DNA of 64,000 nt from an uncultured Spirochaetota bacterium (GTDB lineage Bacteria; Spirochaetota; Spirochaetia; SZUA-6; CAVTHK01), in assembly GCA_963734495.1 (NCBI GenBank), contig CAVTHK010000010.1, positions 96,001 to 160,000 of the forward strand. The letters run 5' to 3'. The position numbers were made by a program, and so were the translations under genes. How positions within the stretch are numbered: the first letter of the stretch is position 1; each line of letters starts with the position of its first letter. Shown in pieces: positions 1 through 11,093 of the stretch. The notes below the pieces were generated by a model, which was not told the origin of the DNA, made no database searches, and saw only the letters and a program-made list of their open reading frames with translations.

Positions 1-356
1 CGCGATCCGTCGACGTGGGAGCTGAAGGCCACCCCCTCGTCCTCGACGCGCCTGTACGGCGTCAGGGAGAACAGCTGGTATCCGCCCGAATCGGTGAGGA
101 TGTTGCCTCCCCAGCCCATAAAGCGGTGCAGGCCGCCCGCGGCCGCGATCACGTCGATCCCCGGCCGCAGGTACAGGTGGTAGGTGTTGGAGAGGATCAT
201 CCGGATCCCCAGCTCGTCGAGCGCGTCCAGCCTGACCGCCTTGACGCTGGCGTTCGTGCCCACCGGCATAAAGGCCGGCGTCTCGACCCGCCCGTGGCCG
301 AGCGAGAGCAGACCCGTGCGCGCCTTGCCGTCGCGCGGCCCCGCTTCGAAGCGCAT
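1..356 (-). CDS. tgt: tRNA-guanine transglycosylase (5' part; runs off the window edge)
   Basis: Manual minus-strand translation from ATG at 356: MRFEAGPRDGKARTGLLSLGHGRVETPAFMPVGTNASVK...ILSNTYHLYLRPG...GLHRFMGW...ILTDSGGYQ, the classic Tgt motifs. Not in the ORF track because it is truncated. Confidence 0.95.
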   Translation of the reverse strand, partial: MRFEAGPRDGKARTGLLSLGHGRVETPAFMPVGTNASVKAVRLDALDELGIRMILSNTYHLYLRPGIDVIAAAGGLHRFMGWGGNILTDSGGYQLFSLTPYRRVEDEGVAFSSHVDGS

Positions 357-363
357 GGGGACC

Positions 364-1444
364 TCAGGTCCGGGCCACGCGGAAGAGCCCGACGCCGACG
401 CCCAGGAAGAGCACGAGGCTCGCCCAGGCCCCCGTGATCGGGGACAGCAGCCCGTTGCTGGCCATCGTCAGCGCGACGAGCTGCAGCACGTAGTAGCCGA
501 CGGCGATCCCGAGGGCCGCGAGAAGGCTCAGGAACAAGAAGTTCCTCCTGAAGAGCCCGCCCACCGAGCCCGCGATCAGCACGACGACGAGCGGCGTGCA
601 GGCGAACGAGTACTTGCGGTGGTACCAGCTCAGGGCCTCCTGGTACGGGAGGCCCGCCGTCTGCAGCGATTCGACGTACTGCCGGGCGTCGCCCACCCGC
701 ATCTCCTCGACGCGGTCCGCCATGCGGCGGAAGATCGAAGGGCCTTCGTTCAGGGCGTCGGACTCGTAGACGGAGACGTCCGACTCCAGGACGCGGCCGT
801 CGTTCCCGCGGCGGAAGATCCGGCAGTTGCGCAGCACCCAGTGCCTGCCGTTCCACTCGGCCGCGTCCGCCTCGTACCTGGCGGCCAGGCCGCTCGCGGC
901 GTCGCGCTCGACGATGGTCACCCCGCTCAGGGCCTGCTGGCGGTCGTTGAAGTAGGCCGCCTGGTAGACGAACTTCCGGTCCGGGCTGGTGATCGTGACG
1001 TTCGTGTTGCTGTAGGAGACCGACTGCTTGAGCAGCGTGCGCGTCAGCTCGTTCTTCGCGCGGAAGGTCCGGATCACGACCGCGTCCTCGAACACGAAGG
1101 ACCCCACGCTCAGCAGGGCTCCGACGACGATCAGCGGGCGTCACGAAGCGCGCGAGGGAAATCCCCGAGAGGAAGATCGAGATCAGCTCGTTGTTCGTGT
1201 AGTAGGTGCCGAGGGCGTACGCGACGGCGAACAGGAGCGCGACGGGCAGCGCGTAGGAGACGCACTTGGGCAGGTACAGCAGCGCGACCCGCCCGATGTC
1301 CGCCAGCGTCACGTCCTCGCCGACGTATCGCCACAGGTTGGAAAAGACGTCCATCAGCTCGAAGACGAGCACGAACATCGCGAGGAAGACGATGCAAAGA
1401 TGCGGGCGAAAGTGGGCGAGCAGCATGGCGTGGAGCGTCTTCAC
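364..1444 (-). CDS. lptG: LptF/LptG (YjgP/YjgQ) family permease, LptG-like; frameshift near 1137
   Basis: N-part VKTLHAM...YLPKCVSYALPVALLFAVAYALG..NNELISIFLSGISLAR lies in one frame. C-part (ORF 364..1107) has a periplasmic beta region and HRKYSFACTPLVVVLIA...GAW. Confidence 0.8.
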
Positions 1445-2704
1445 GGGTGGGACCTCGTGGCGAGCAGCGTCGTCCCCGCGGCGAGCACGACGACGTTCGG
1501 CAGCCACATGGCGAGCAGCGGCGAAAAGGAAGCGCGCGCGCCGAAGCGGTAGCTCACGATCAGCATGGCCCAGTACAGCCCCGACATCACGATCCCGAGC
1601 GCGAACCCGAGGGTCCGGCCGCTGCGCCTCGCGAGCAGGCCGGCGGGAAAGGCGAACACGACGAACACGAGACAGGAGAGCGGGCTGGCGAACTTGCGGT
1701 GGAACTCGAGGAGGTACGCCTGCAGGGTCCGGTCCAGCGGAGGCGGCGCGCTGTCCCTGGCGACGTCGCCCGCGAGGCGCGCCGCCTCGTCCGTTTCGGC
1801 CCGCGTGAGGCCGCGCTCCATCGCGTCGAGCATGGTGAGCGAGAGCCGGTAGCGGCCGCGGCGTGCGCGCTCCGCGACCGCGGAGATCTTCTGCTCCTGC
1901 GCGGAAGCGCATCCCCGCGATCTCCCGGTACACGTCGACGGAGCTCTTCTCGGCCGGCCCGGGGTTCACCAGCGACACGCTGATGTCCTTGAGCAGGATG
2001 TTGTAGACCATGCGGTCCGCGGCGGCGTACTCGTAGTTGCCCTTGTCCCGCGGCTTGGCGCTCAAGTCGAAGACGCCGCGCAGCTCGAGAGCGACGGCCC
2101 CCCGCTCGTCCGTCGCGGGCACGAGCACGGCCTCGTTCGCCGTGATGACCCGCTTCCGGTTCTCGCTGTCCTGGTCGATGATCATGATCGGCCGGATCCG
2201 CCGGCCCGAGACGTCGCCGGTGACGATCACGGTGTTCTCGTACCGTTTGACCGAGTACGGCTCGAGCTCGATCGCCGGGTTCTGGAAGATCACCCGCCGC
2301 AGCATGCTCTTCAGCCCGATGTTCCCCAGCGGAAGGAACAGGTCGTTGAAGACAAAGACGGCCGCCGAGAGCGCGAGCGCCGTCATCAGCATCGGAAAGA
2401 AGATCCTGGCGAGGGCGATGCCCGAGGCGCGCAGCGCCATGATCTCGCGGTCGCCGGCGAGACGGCCCACGGCCATGAGGGCGCCGACGAGCGTCCCGAA
2501 CGGGAGCGCGTAGGTCACGATGATGGGGAGGGAGTAGAAGACGAGCAGGGCCACGTCGCCGATGGGCACGCTCTTCGAGAGGATCCGCTCCGCCATCAGG
2601 AGGAGCTGATTGACGAAGAAGATAAAGAAGAAGAAAAGGAAGGCGACCAGCACCGCGACGAGAAGCTCGCGGGTCACGTAACGATTTACCGTGCGGTAAC
2701 TCAT
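1441..2704 (-). CDS. lptF: LptF/LptG family permease, LptF-like; frameshift near 1900
   Basis: [33 protein letters not shown]...[31 protein letters not shown]-terminus (ORF 1441..1833) reads [22 protein letters not shown]...MWLPNVV. Confidence 0.85.
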
Positions 2705-2738
2705 CGTGCGGACCCCGTCCGTCCGGCTCCCCGGCCCC

Positions 2739-3171
2739 CTAACGGCCGGTCGAGCCGAACCCCCCGCCGCCCCGGTCGGAGCCCTCGAGCCCCTCGACCG
2801 CCGTGAACCCGGCTCGCGCCACCGGCGCGAGCACTGCCTGAGCGATCCGGTCCCCCGGCTCGATCGTGAACGCGCTCGTCGCCCAGGTTGACCAGCAGGA
2901 CCATGATCTCTCCCCGGTAGTCCGAGTCGATCGTTCCCGGCGAGTTCAGCACGGTCACCCCGTGCTCGAGCGCGAGACCGGAGCGCGGTCTCACCTGCAG
3001 CTCGTAGCCCGCCGGCACCTCGACCCGCAGCCCCGTGGGCACGAGCCTGCGCTCGCCGGGCGCGAGCACCATCGGCGCCTCGAGGGGCGCCGCCAGGTCG
3101 GCCCCGGCCGAGCCCGCCGTCCTGTACGCCGGCAGCCGCCCGCTCGCGGTCGTGCATCGGATCGGAATCAT
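2739..3171 (-). CDS. dut: dUTP pyrophosphatase; frameshift near 2873
   Basis: [39 protein letters not shown]; after the shift, PGDRIAQ and [11 protein letters not shown]-stop at 2739. Confidence 0.93.
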
Positions 3172-3177
3172 GGCCTT

Positions 3178-4457
3178 TCAGTACGCGAGCCGCAGGCGCT
3201 TCCAGTCGCGCCCCCTGCGGCCCCCGTAGACCGTCAGGTTGAACGTCCTGCGCCGCGACCAGGTGCCGGATCACGCCGCGGACCTGCTCCGTGGTCACCG
3301 CCTGCAGGCACGCGATCGATCTCCTCGTACTCCTGCGGCTGCCCGAAGAACATCTGCAGGCGAACGAGGCGCTTCATCCGGCTCTCGACGTCGGACTTCG
3401 ACAGGATGAGGCTGCCGATGAGGTGCGACTTCGCGTCCTCCACCTCCTGCTCGCTGAGCGGGTCGTCGAGCAGCCGGGCGATCTCCGCGTCCACGGCGGC
3501 GAGGAGCGCCGCGGCCTGCTCGGGGGCGCTGCTCGCGTAGACCGACCACAGCGACACGTCGCTGTACAGCGTGCGGAACGCTCCGATGCTGTAGCACAGG
3601 CCGCGCTTCTCGCGCAGCTCCTGGAACAGGCGCGAGCTCATCGACTCGCCGAACGCAGTGCTCATGACGAGCGACCCGTAGATCGAGCGCCGTGTTGCCG
3701 TAGGCGCTCTCGAAGTCGGTGCCGAGGTAGATCTGCTGCTGGTTGGTGCGCTTGGGGACGACGCGGCGCTCCACCTGCCTGAGCGGCGGCACGCGCTTCG
3801 ACGGCGACCCGTCGCTTCGGGCGGCGTTCGTGCCGGCCGACAGCGCCCGCTCGAAGCGCTCGACGAGCTGGTCCGCGTCCACGTCGCCGGCCACCGAGAT
3901 CGTGAGCTGCGAGGGGCTCCAGCGCTCGCGATGGAAGTCCAGCAGCCGGTCGCGCCTGATCGCCTGCACGTCCTTCGACGTCTCCCGTGATCTTGCGCGC
4001 CAGCGGGTGGGTCCCCCAGAGGCCGACCGAGTAGGCTTCGAAGGCGCAGTCTTCGGGCGAGTCCAGGTAGCCCTGGATCTCGTTGACCACTACCGTCTTT
4101 TCCTTCTCGATCTCCTCCTCGGCAAAGGTCGAGCCGCCGACCATGTCGCGAGAGGACGTCCACGACGAGCTCGAGGTGCGCCGCCGGGACGTGGCATGGA
4201 CGCAGACGGTCTCTTTCTCGGTGAACGCGTTGATCAGCCCGCCGACCCTGTCGATCTCGCGGGCGATGTCGAAGGCCGAGCGGCGCGCGGTGCCCTTGAA
4301 CACCATGTGCTCGAGAAAGTGCGAATAGCCCGCGCGGTCGGGCTCCTCGTCGCGCGACCCGGCGAGACTCCAGAGCCCCACCGCCACGGCCTCGGACCCC
4401 GGGACGACGTCCACGAGGAGCCGTGCGCCGCTCGACAGGAGCTCTCGAGTGAATCAA
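3178..4457 (-). CDS. M16 family (pitrilysin-like) zinc peptidase; several frameshifts
   Basis: GSRDE...GYSHFLEHMVFKGT (HxxEH), GGLINAFTEKE, EIEKEKTVVVNEI, HPLARKI.G and MSSRLFQELREKRGLCYSI, spread over several frames. Confidence 0.88.
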
Positions 4458-4459
4458 CC

Positions 4460-6684
4460 CTATCTCCGCCTGCGGCCTCGAATCGGACCTCGGCCCGCGG
4501 CCGTGACCGCCGCCGTGATCGCCCGCGGACGCTCCTGGCGCCTGTCATCCGGCTCGCGGCGCTCCCGTGGCTCGCCCGACGGGCCCGAGCCTCCGGAATC
4601 GGGCGAGATCGGCGTCGATGTAGCTGAGGTTCAGCCGGCCCATGCGGTCGATCTCCACGAGCCTGACCGGGATCTCCTGGCCCTTCGTGGAGGACGTCGC
4701 TGACCTTCTCGACCCGCTCCCTGGCGAGCTTGGAGATGTGCACGAGCCCTCGCGGCCCGGCATGAACTCGACGAAGGCGCCGAAGTCCATGAGGCGGCGG
4801 ACCGTGCCCTGGTAGACGCGGCCGATCTCGGGCTCCTCGATGAGGCCCCTGGATGATCTGGGCCGCCTCCTCGGCGCCCGCCTTGCTGCGGCAGTAGATG
4901 GTCGTCGAGCCGTCGTCCTCGATCGAGATCTTCGCGCCGGTCTTGTCCGTGATGCCGTTGATCATCTTGCCGCCCGGTCCGATGATCAGGCCGATCTTGT
5001 CCGACGGGACCGTGAGGCTGATGACCTTGGGAGCGAACTCCGAGATCTCGCCGCGCGGCGGTCTCGATGGTCTGCCCCATGATGGACAGGATGTGCAGCC
5101 GCCCCTCGCGCGCCCGGTTCAGCGCCGCGCGGAGCACCTCGGACGTGACTCCCTGGATCTTGATGTCCATCTGGAAGCCGGTGATCCCGTCGCGGGTCCC
5201 GGCCACCTTGAAGTCCATGTGGCCGAGGTGGTCCTCCTCGCCGAGGATGTCGCTCAGCACGACGAACTTGTCGTCGCCCTGCACCAGGCCCATCGCGATC
5301 CCGGCGACCGGCTTCTTCATGGGAACGCCCGCGTTGAGCAGGCTCAGGGTCGTGCCGCAGACCGTCGCCATCGAGGAGGAGCCGTTGGACTCGAGGATCT
5401 CGGAGACGACACGGACCGTGTAGGGGAACTCCTCCTTGGTCGGCAGCATCCGCTCGACGGCCCGCTGCCGCCAGGTGACCGTGGCCGACCTCGCGCCGCC
5501 CGGTCCCGAGCCTCCCCGTCTCGCCGACCGAGAACGGCGGGAAGTTGTAGTGCAGCATGAAGTGCTTGCGGTAGTCGCCGTCGATGTCGTCCATGATCTG
5601 CTCGTCGTAGGGGGTGCCGAGCGTGATGACGACGAGGGCCTGGGTCTCGCCCGCGCGTAAAGAGCGCCGAGCCGTGCGTGCGGGGCAGCACGTCGATCTC
5701 GCAGGTGATGGGCCGGATGTCGCGCGGCGCCGCGACCGTCGGTGCGCAGGCCCTTCTCGAGGATCGACTTGCGGACGATCTCAGTCTCCATGTCCTCGAA
5801 GAGCTTGTCGAGGTCCTTCGCGCGCTCTTCGGGCACGAGGCCCGGATGAGCCTCGACGAACTGCCGTCTTGACCTCGCGCATCGCGTTGCCGCGGTTCTG
5901 CTTGCCCTTGACGAAACAGGCCTGCTCGAGCCGGGCGTAGACCCACTGGCGGATCTGCGCCTCGGACTCGAGGCCGGCGGGCGCCGGCTTGAGCGGCATC
6001 TTGGGCTTGCCGGCGAGCCTGCGCAGCTCCTCCTGCAGGGCGCACAGGTCCTTGATGGTGCCCGCGGCGTGCTCGATGGCCTGGATCATCACTTCTTCGG
6101 AGACCTCGTTGCCCCCGCCCTCGACCATCGTGATGCCCTGTGCGCCGCCGGCGACGACGATGTCGAGCGTCGAGGCCTTGATCTCCTCGAACGTCGGGTT
6201 GACGATGAGCTCGCCGTTGACCTGCGCGACGCGCACCGCGGCCACAGGTCCCGTCGAACGGGATGTCCGAGATGTGGACGGCAGCGCAGGCGGCCAGCAT
6301 CCCGAGGATGTCGGGCGGGTTGACCTGGTCGGTGGCGATCGTCGTCGGGATGACCTGGATGTCGCGGCCGAAGCTCTTGGGAAGAGCGGCCGCAGGGGCC
6401 GGTCGATCAGGCGCGAGACGAGGATCTCCTTGTCGCGCGGCCTGCCTTCGCGTTTGTAGAAGCCGCCGGGGATCTTGCCCGCGGCGTAATACTTCTCGTT
6501 GTAGTCGACCATCAGGGGAACGTAGTCGATCCCTTCGATCTCCCGGTCGGACGCGCAGACCGTCGCGATGACGGTGCTGCCGCCCGCACCTGGCGACCAC
6601 GGCGCCGTTCGCCTGCTTGGCCATGTGGCCCGTTTCCAGGATCAGGTCGGTCTCCCTGATCCGGTACTTGACTTGTTGTGTCAT
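4460..6684 (-). CDS. pnp: Polyribonucleotide nucleotidyltransferase (PNPase); multiple frameshifts, end approximate
   Basis: [82 protein letters not shown], plus KH and S1 segments. Lies directly after rpsO. Confidence 0.95.
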
Positions 6685-6703
6685 CCCTGTGTCTTTCCCG
6701 ATC

Positions 6704-6973
6704 CTACTTGCGCAGGCTGAGTTTTTCGATCAGCGCCCGGTAACCTTCGAGGTCCTTGCGGCTGAGGTAGTTGAGCAGACGCCGGCGCTGGCCCACCAGC
6801 TTCATGAGGCCACGGCGCGAGTTGTGATCCGCCTTGTGCACTTTGAAGTGCTCCGTCAGGTGCTGGATCCTGCCGGTGAGCAGCGCGATCTGAACCGAGG
6901 TCGATCCCCAGTCCTTCTCGTTCTTGCCGTACTCGGCCACGATCTTCTCTCGATCCGCTTTCGTAATCTGCAT
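6704..6973 (-). CDS. rpsO: 30S ribosomal protein S15
   Basis: [54 protein letters not shown] Shine-Dalgarno. Confidence 0.99.
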   Translation of the reverse strand: MQITKADREKIVAEYGKNEKDWGSTSVQIALLTGRIQHLTEHFKVHKADHNSRRGLMKLVGQRRRLLNYLSRKDLEGYRALIEKLSLRK

Positions 6974-7056
6974 GAACGCACTCTCCTTATCGGGGGTCGG
7001 CTCGAACGCGGGGCACGACCCGTCTGATTCTACAAAAAAGGCCCGAATCGCGTCAA
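6974..7056 (-). promoter_or_regulatory. sigma70-type promoter and structured leader of rpsO-pnp
   Basis: TTGACG (7056-7051, overlapping the truB stop)-N18-TAGAAT (7032-7027); leader stem GGGTCG...CGACCC (7021-6994) just before the SD. Confidence 0.65.
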
Positions 7057-7942
7057 TTCACCCCGGCGAACACCGCGACGAACCGCGGAGCGGACCCCGG
7101 CGGCCGCTCCAGCACGGCGAGGAGGCGCCCGTCGCGGCCGAACAGCGCCTTCGCGCGCGCGTCCTCCGGCCACGGTCCGAGGTCCTCGGGCCGCGGCAGC
7201 CCGCCCGCGGCCACGCGGGCCGCGACCGGCGCCTCGACCACCGCCGAGACGATCCCGTCGAGCCGCGGCAGAAAACTCCTCGCGTCCAGCAGCCGGCCGG
7301 GCTCGAACGACTCCGGGGCGACGGCCTCGGCGCGCGTGAACGGGCCCACCGACTCCCTGGTCAGCTCCACCACCGTGGCCCGCGACCCGCAGGCGATCGC
7401 GATGTCCCGCGCGAGGGACCGGACGTAGGTCCCGGCGCTGCACCGCACCCGCAGGTCCGCGAAGGGAGGCTCGTAGCCGACGAGCTCGAGCGACGCGACG
7501 CGGACCTTCCGCGGCGCGAGGTCGGGCTGCTCGCCGCGGCGCGCCAGCCTGTATGCGCGCTCCCCCTCGTGATGGACCGCTGAGAAGAGCGGCGGCACCT
7601 GCTCCAGCTCGCCGACAAAGCGCGGCAGCGCGGCGCTCAGTGCCGCTCCGTCCGGCGGCGGCGCCGTCGGCCACCACCTCGCCCTCCGGGTCGAGCGTGG
7701 AGGTCTCCTCGCCGAATCGCACGCGCGCGGAGTAGCCCTTCTCCAGCCCGGCGAGCAGGGGCGCGAGGCGCGTGATACCGGCCCGTCAGCGCCACGAGCA
7801 GCCCTCTCGCGAATCGATCGAGCGTCCCGGTGTGGCCCACCCGCCCCGTGCCCAGCGACCTCTTGACCGCGCCCAGGGCCTGGAACGAGGTGATGCCCGC
7901 CGGCTTGTCGAGGAGCGCCAACCCATCCGGGGGCCGGCGCAC
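7053..7942 (-). CDS. truB: tRNA pseudouridine(55) synthase; frameshifts near 7770 and 7630
   Basis: [70 protein letters not shown]. Confidence 0.93.
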
Positions 7943-7993
7943 CCGGGATGGGCGGCCATGCGGCTCGCTCGCCGGGTCAGTCGCGCCCCCCGC

Positions 7994-8398
7994 TCAATCC
8001 GCGAGCCCTCCGAAGGATGCGCTATCTCCTCCAGCTTGCGCGCGAGCTTGAAGCCCCGCTCGATCTGCGTGTCGAGCACGAAGTGCAGCCTCGGGGTCAC
8101 CCGAAGCGTGAGATGCTCGCTCAGCAGGTGCTGTATGTAGCCCGCGGCGTGATTGAGGGCCTCGATCGCGCCGGCCCGCCGGGTGCGCGCCTCCGGGCTC
8201 TCGTCCTCCTTGCCGGTGCTGCGGTCCACCATCGAGATGAACACCTTGGCGTCCCGCAGGTCGCTTGGCCGCCCGGACCTCGGTCACGGTCATCATGCGC
8301 TGCAGACGCGGGTCGCGGACCCTGCCGCGCGCGAGGATCTCGGAGATCAGCTCGGCGAGCAGGCTCTCGAGCCTATGCTTCCTTAGGTCCGCCGCCAC
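7994..8398 (-). CDS. rbfA: Ribosome-binding factor A; frameshift near 8265, 3' end approximate
   Basis: [30 protein letters not shown], then AKVFISM...[36 protein letters not shown]; sits between infB and truB. Confidence 0.9.
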   Translation of the reverse strand: MAADLRKHRLESLLAELISEILARGRVRDPRLQRMMTVTEVRAAKRPAGRQGVHLDGGPQHRQGGREPGGAHPAGRRDRGPQSRRGLHTAPAERASHASGDPEAALRARHADRAGLQARAQAGGDSASFGGLAD

Positions 8399-10999
8399 GC
8401 CGCCCGCCTTCGCTCGAGTTTCTTCGCCAGCTCGCGGACCTCGAAGGCCTCGATCACGTCGCCGACCTTGATGTCCTGGTAACCCTCGATGCCGATGCCG
8501 CACTCGAAGCCGGCCTCGACCTCGCGCGCGTCGTCCTTGAAGCGCTTGAGCGACGAGATCTTGCCCTCGTAGACCTGCACGGCCTCGCGGATGAGCCGCG
8601 CCTGCGCGTTGCGCCGCACCTTGCCGCTGGTGACGTAGCAGCCGGCGATCGTGCCCACCTTGGGCACCTTGAAGACCTGCCTGACCTCGACGGTCCCGAT
8701 CGTCTCCTCGCGCAGCTCGGGGGCGAGCATGCCCTCCATCGCGCTGCGGATGTCGTCGACCGCGTCGTAGATGATGTTGTACTTGCGGATGTCCACCTTT
8801 TCGCGGTCCGCGAGCGCCTGGGCGGTCGTGGTCGGCCGCACGTGGAACCCGACGATGATCGCGTTGGACGTGGCGGCGAGCAGCACGTCGCTGTAGTTGA
8901 TGGCCCCGGCCGAGGCCTGGATCACGGTCAGCTTGACCTCGTCGGTCGAGAGCTTTTCCAGGCTCTGACTGGAGGGCCTCGACCGAGCCGTGAACGTCCG
9001 CCTTGACGATGACGTTGAGCTCCTTGACCGCGCCCTGCTTGAGCTGCTCGTAGAGGTTGTCCAGCGTGACCTTGCTCACGTGCTGGGCGCCCTCCATCCG
9101 CTTGAGCTCCTGCCGCTTGGTGCCGATCTGGCGGGCGCTCTGCTCGTCCTCGGTGACGTGGAACGGGTCGCCCGCGTTCGGCAGCCCGTCGAGGCCGAGG
9201 ATCTCCACCGGCGTCGCGGGCGGCGCCTCCTCGAGGCGGTTGCCCTTGTCGTCGAACAGGGCCCTGACGCGGCCGGCGAAGACGCCCGCCACGAAGGGGT
9301 CGCCGATGCGCACCACGCCGCGCTCGATGAGGACCGTCGCCACGATGCCGCGGCCCAGGTCGACGCGCGACTCCACGACCCGGCCCGAAGCGCGCACGCT
9401 GTAGTTGGCCCTGAGCTCGAGGAGCTCGGCCTGGAGCAGGATGGCCTCGAGCAGCTTGTCGATGCCCGTCTTCTTGAGGGCGGACACCTCCACGAACAGG
9501 GTCTTGCCGCCCCAGTCCTCGGGCATCAGCTCGTGCTCGGACAGCTGCTGCTTGACGCGCTCGACGTTGGCGTCGGGCAGGTCGACCTTGTTGACCGCCA
9601 CGATGATCGGCACGCCGGCCGCCTTGGCGTGGCTGATCGCCTCGAGGGTCTGCGGCATGACCCCGTCGTCCGCGGCCACCACCAGCACGACGATGTCCGT
9701 GATCTGGGCGCCGCGCATCCGCATCGCCGTGAACGCCTCGTGGCCGGGCGTGTCGAGGAACACGATCCTCCCCTGCGGGAGGTCGACGGCGTAGGCGCCG
9801 ATGTGCTGCGTGATGCCGCCGTGCTCGGTGGCCACGACGTTCGTCTCGCGGATCGCGTCCAGCAGCTTGGTCTTGCCGTGGTCGACGTGGCCCATGATCG
9901 TCACGATGGGAGGACGTGGCTTGAGGTCGCCGTCCTGGTCCGCCTGCTCCTGGATCACGGTCTCTTCGTAGAGGGAGACGACGTTGACCTTGGCCCCGTA
10001 CTCCTGGGCGAGAAGCGCCGCCGTCTCGGCGTCGATCTGCTGGTTGATGGTGACCATCATGCCCATGCCCATCAGCTTCGAGATCAGCTCCGAGCTCTTG
10101 AGGTTCAGCTTGCGGGCAAGCTCCGAAACCGTGATCGATTCGAGGATGGCGATCTCCTTGGGGACGGGGTTGGCGCGCTGCGCGGCGCGCTTCTTCATCT
10201 GGAGCGCCTTCTCCTGATGCTCTTCCTGCTCCCGCCGCTTCGCGTAGTCCGACTGCTTCCTCTTGGTCTTGAACTTGCGGTGCGCGCCCGGAGCCTCCGG
10301 CGCCGGAGGCGGCCCGCCCGCCTGGCCGGGACGCGAGCCGCCGGGGCGCGGCCCCATCGGCCGCGGCCCGAACGGGCGCCCGCCGGGGGGCCTGGGGCCC
10401 ATCGGCCGCTGGCCGAACGGCGGCCGCGGGCCGGGCGGACGGTTGCCGAAACCGCCGCGCATCGGGGGCCGCGGGGCGCCCATGCGCTGGCCTTCGCGCA
10501 CCGAAGGCCGGGGCATCGTGCCCTCCCGCACGCTCGGCGGGATGGCGCGGACCACGGTGCGCGGCGGCGCCTGCGGCGGCCGCTCCTGCGGCCGGGGCCG
10601 GTCGCCTGCCGCGGGCGGCGCGGCTGCTGCAGCCGGCCGCGCGGGCGTTGCGGCAGCCGGCCGCACGGGCGCCTCCGCCGCGGACGCTCCCGCGACCGCC
10701 GCGGGCCGCGCCGCTTCGGCGGTCCTCTCGCGGGGCGCCGGCGGGGGCGGAGGTGCGTCGGCAAGGGCCGGGGCAGGCTCGGCCGCGACCGGGGCCGCGG
10801 CAGCGACGGGCTCGGCCGGCGCGGCGACGACCTTCTTCACCACGATCCGTTTCTTGACCAGGACCTTCTTCCTGGCGTGCGCCAGGGATTCGGCCTCGGG
10901 AGCGGGGACCGGAGACGGCGCGGGAGCCTCTGCGGCGGCGGGCGTCTTCTTCGCCTTGATGAGCGTCGTTTTCTTCTTTGCTGGTTTCTCGTCAGACAT
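8383..10999 (-). CDS. infB: Translation initiation factor IF-2; frameshift near 8960
   Basis: [56 protein letters not shown]-terminus [21 protein letters not shown] (ORF 8383..8925). Confidence 0.98.
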
Positions 11000-11093
11000 G
11001 CTTTTGGGCCCTGTGGTCCGGCGTACCCGTCGGATTCCGTCCCTGCTCCTTCAATCTGCTCGCCGACTCACTCTCGCGAACCATCGGCCTCGC

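Noticed and set aside
197-3298. Apparent 1033-aa fusion spanning dut, lptF and lptG
   Set aside because: Artefact of indels and stop-poor frames; the real genes have their own starts at 3171, 2704 and 1444.
4460-10999. pnp, truB, rbfA and infB as pseudogenes or programmed frameshifts
   Set aside because: These genes are essential or highly conserved, their motifs are intact and I saw no consistent slippery sites. Sequencing error is more parsimonious.
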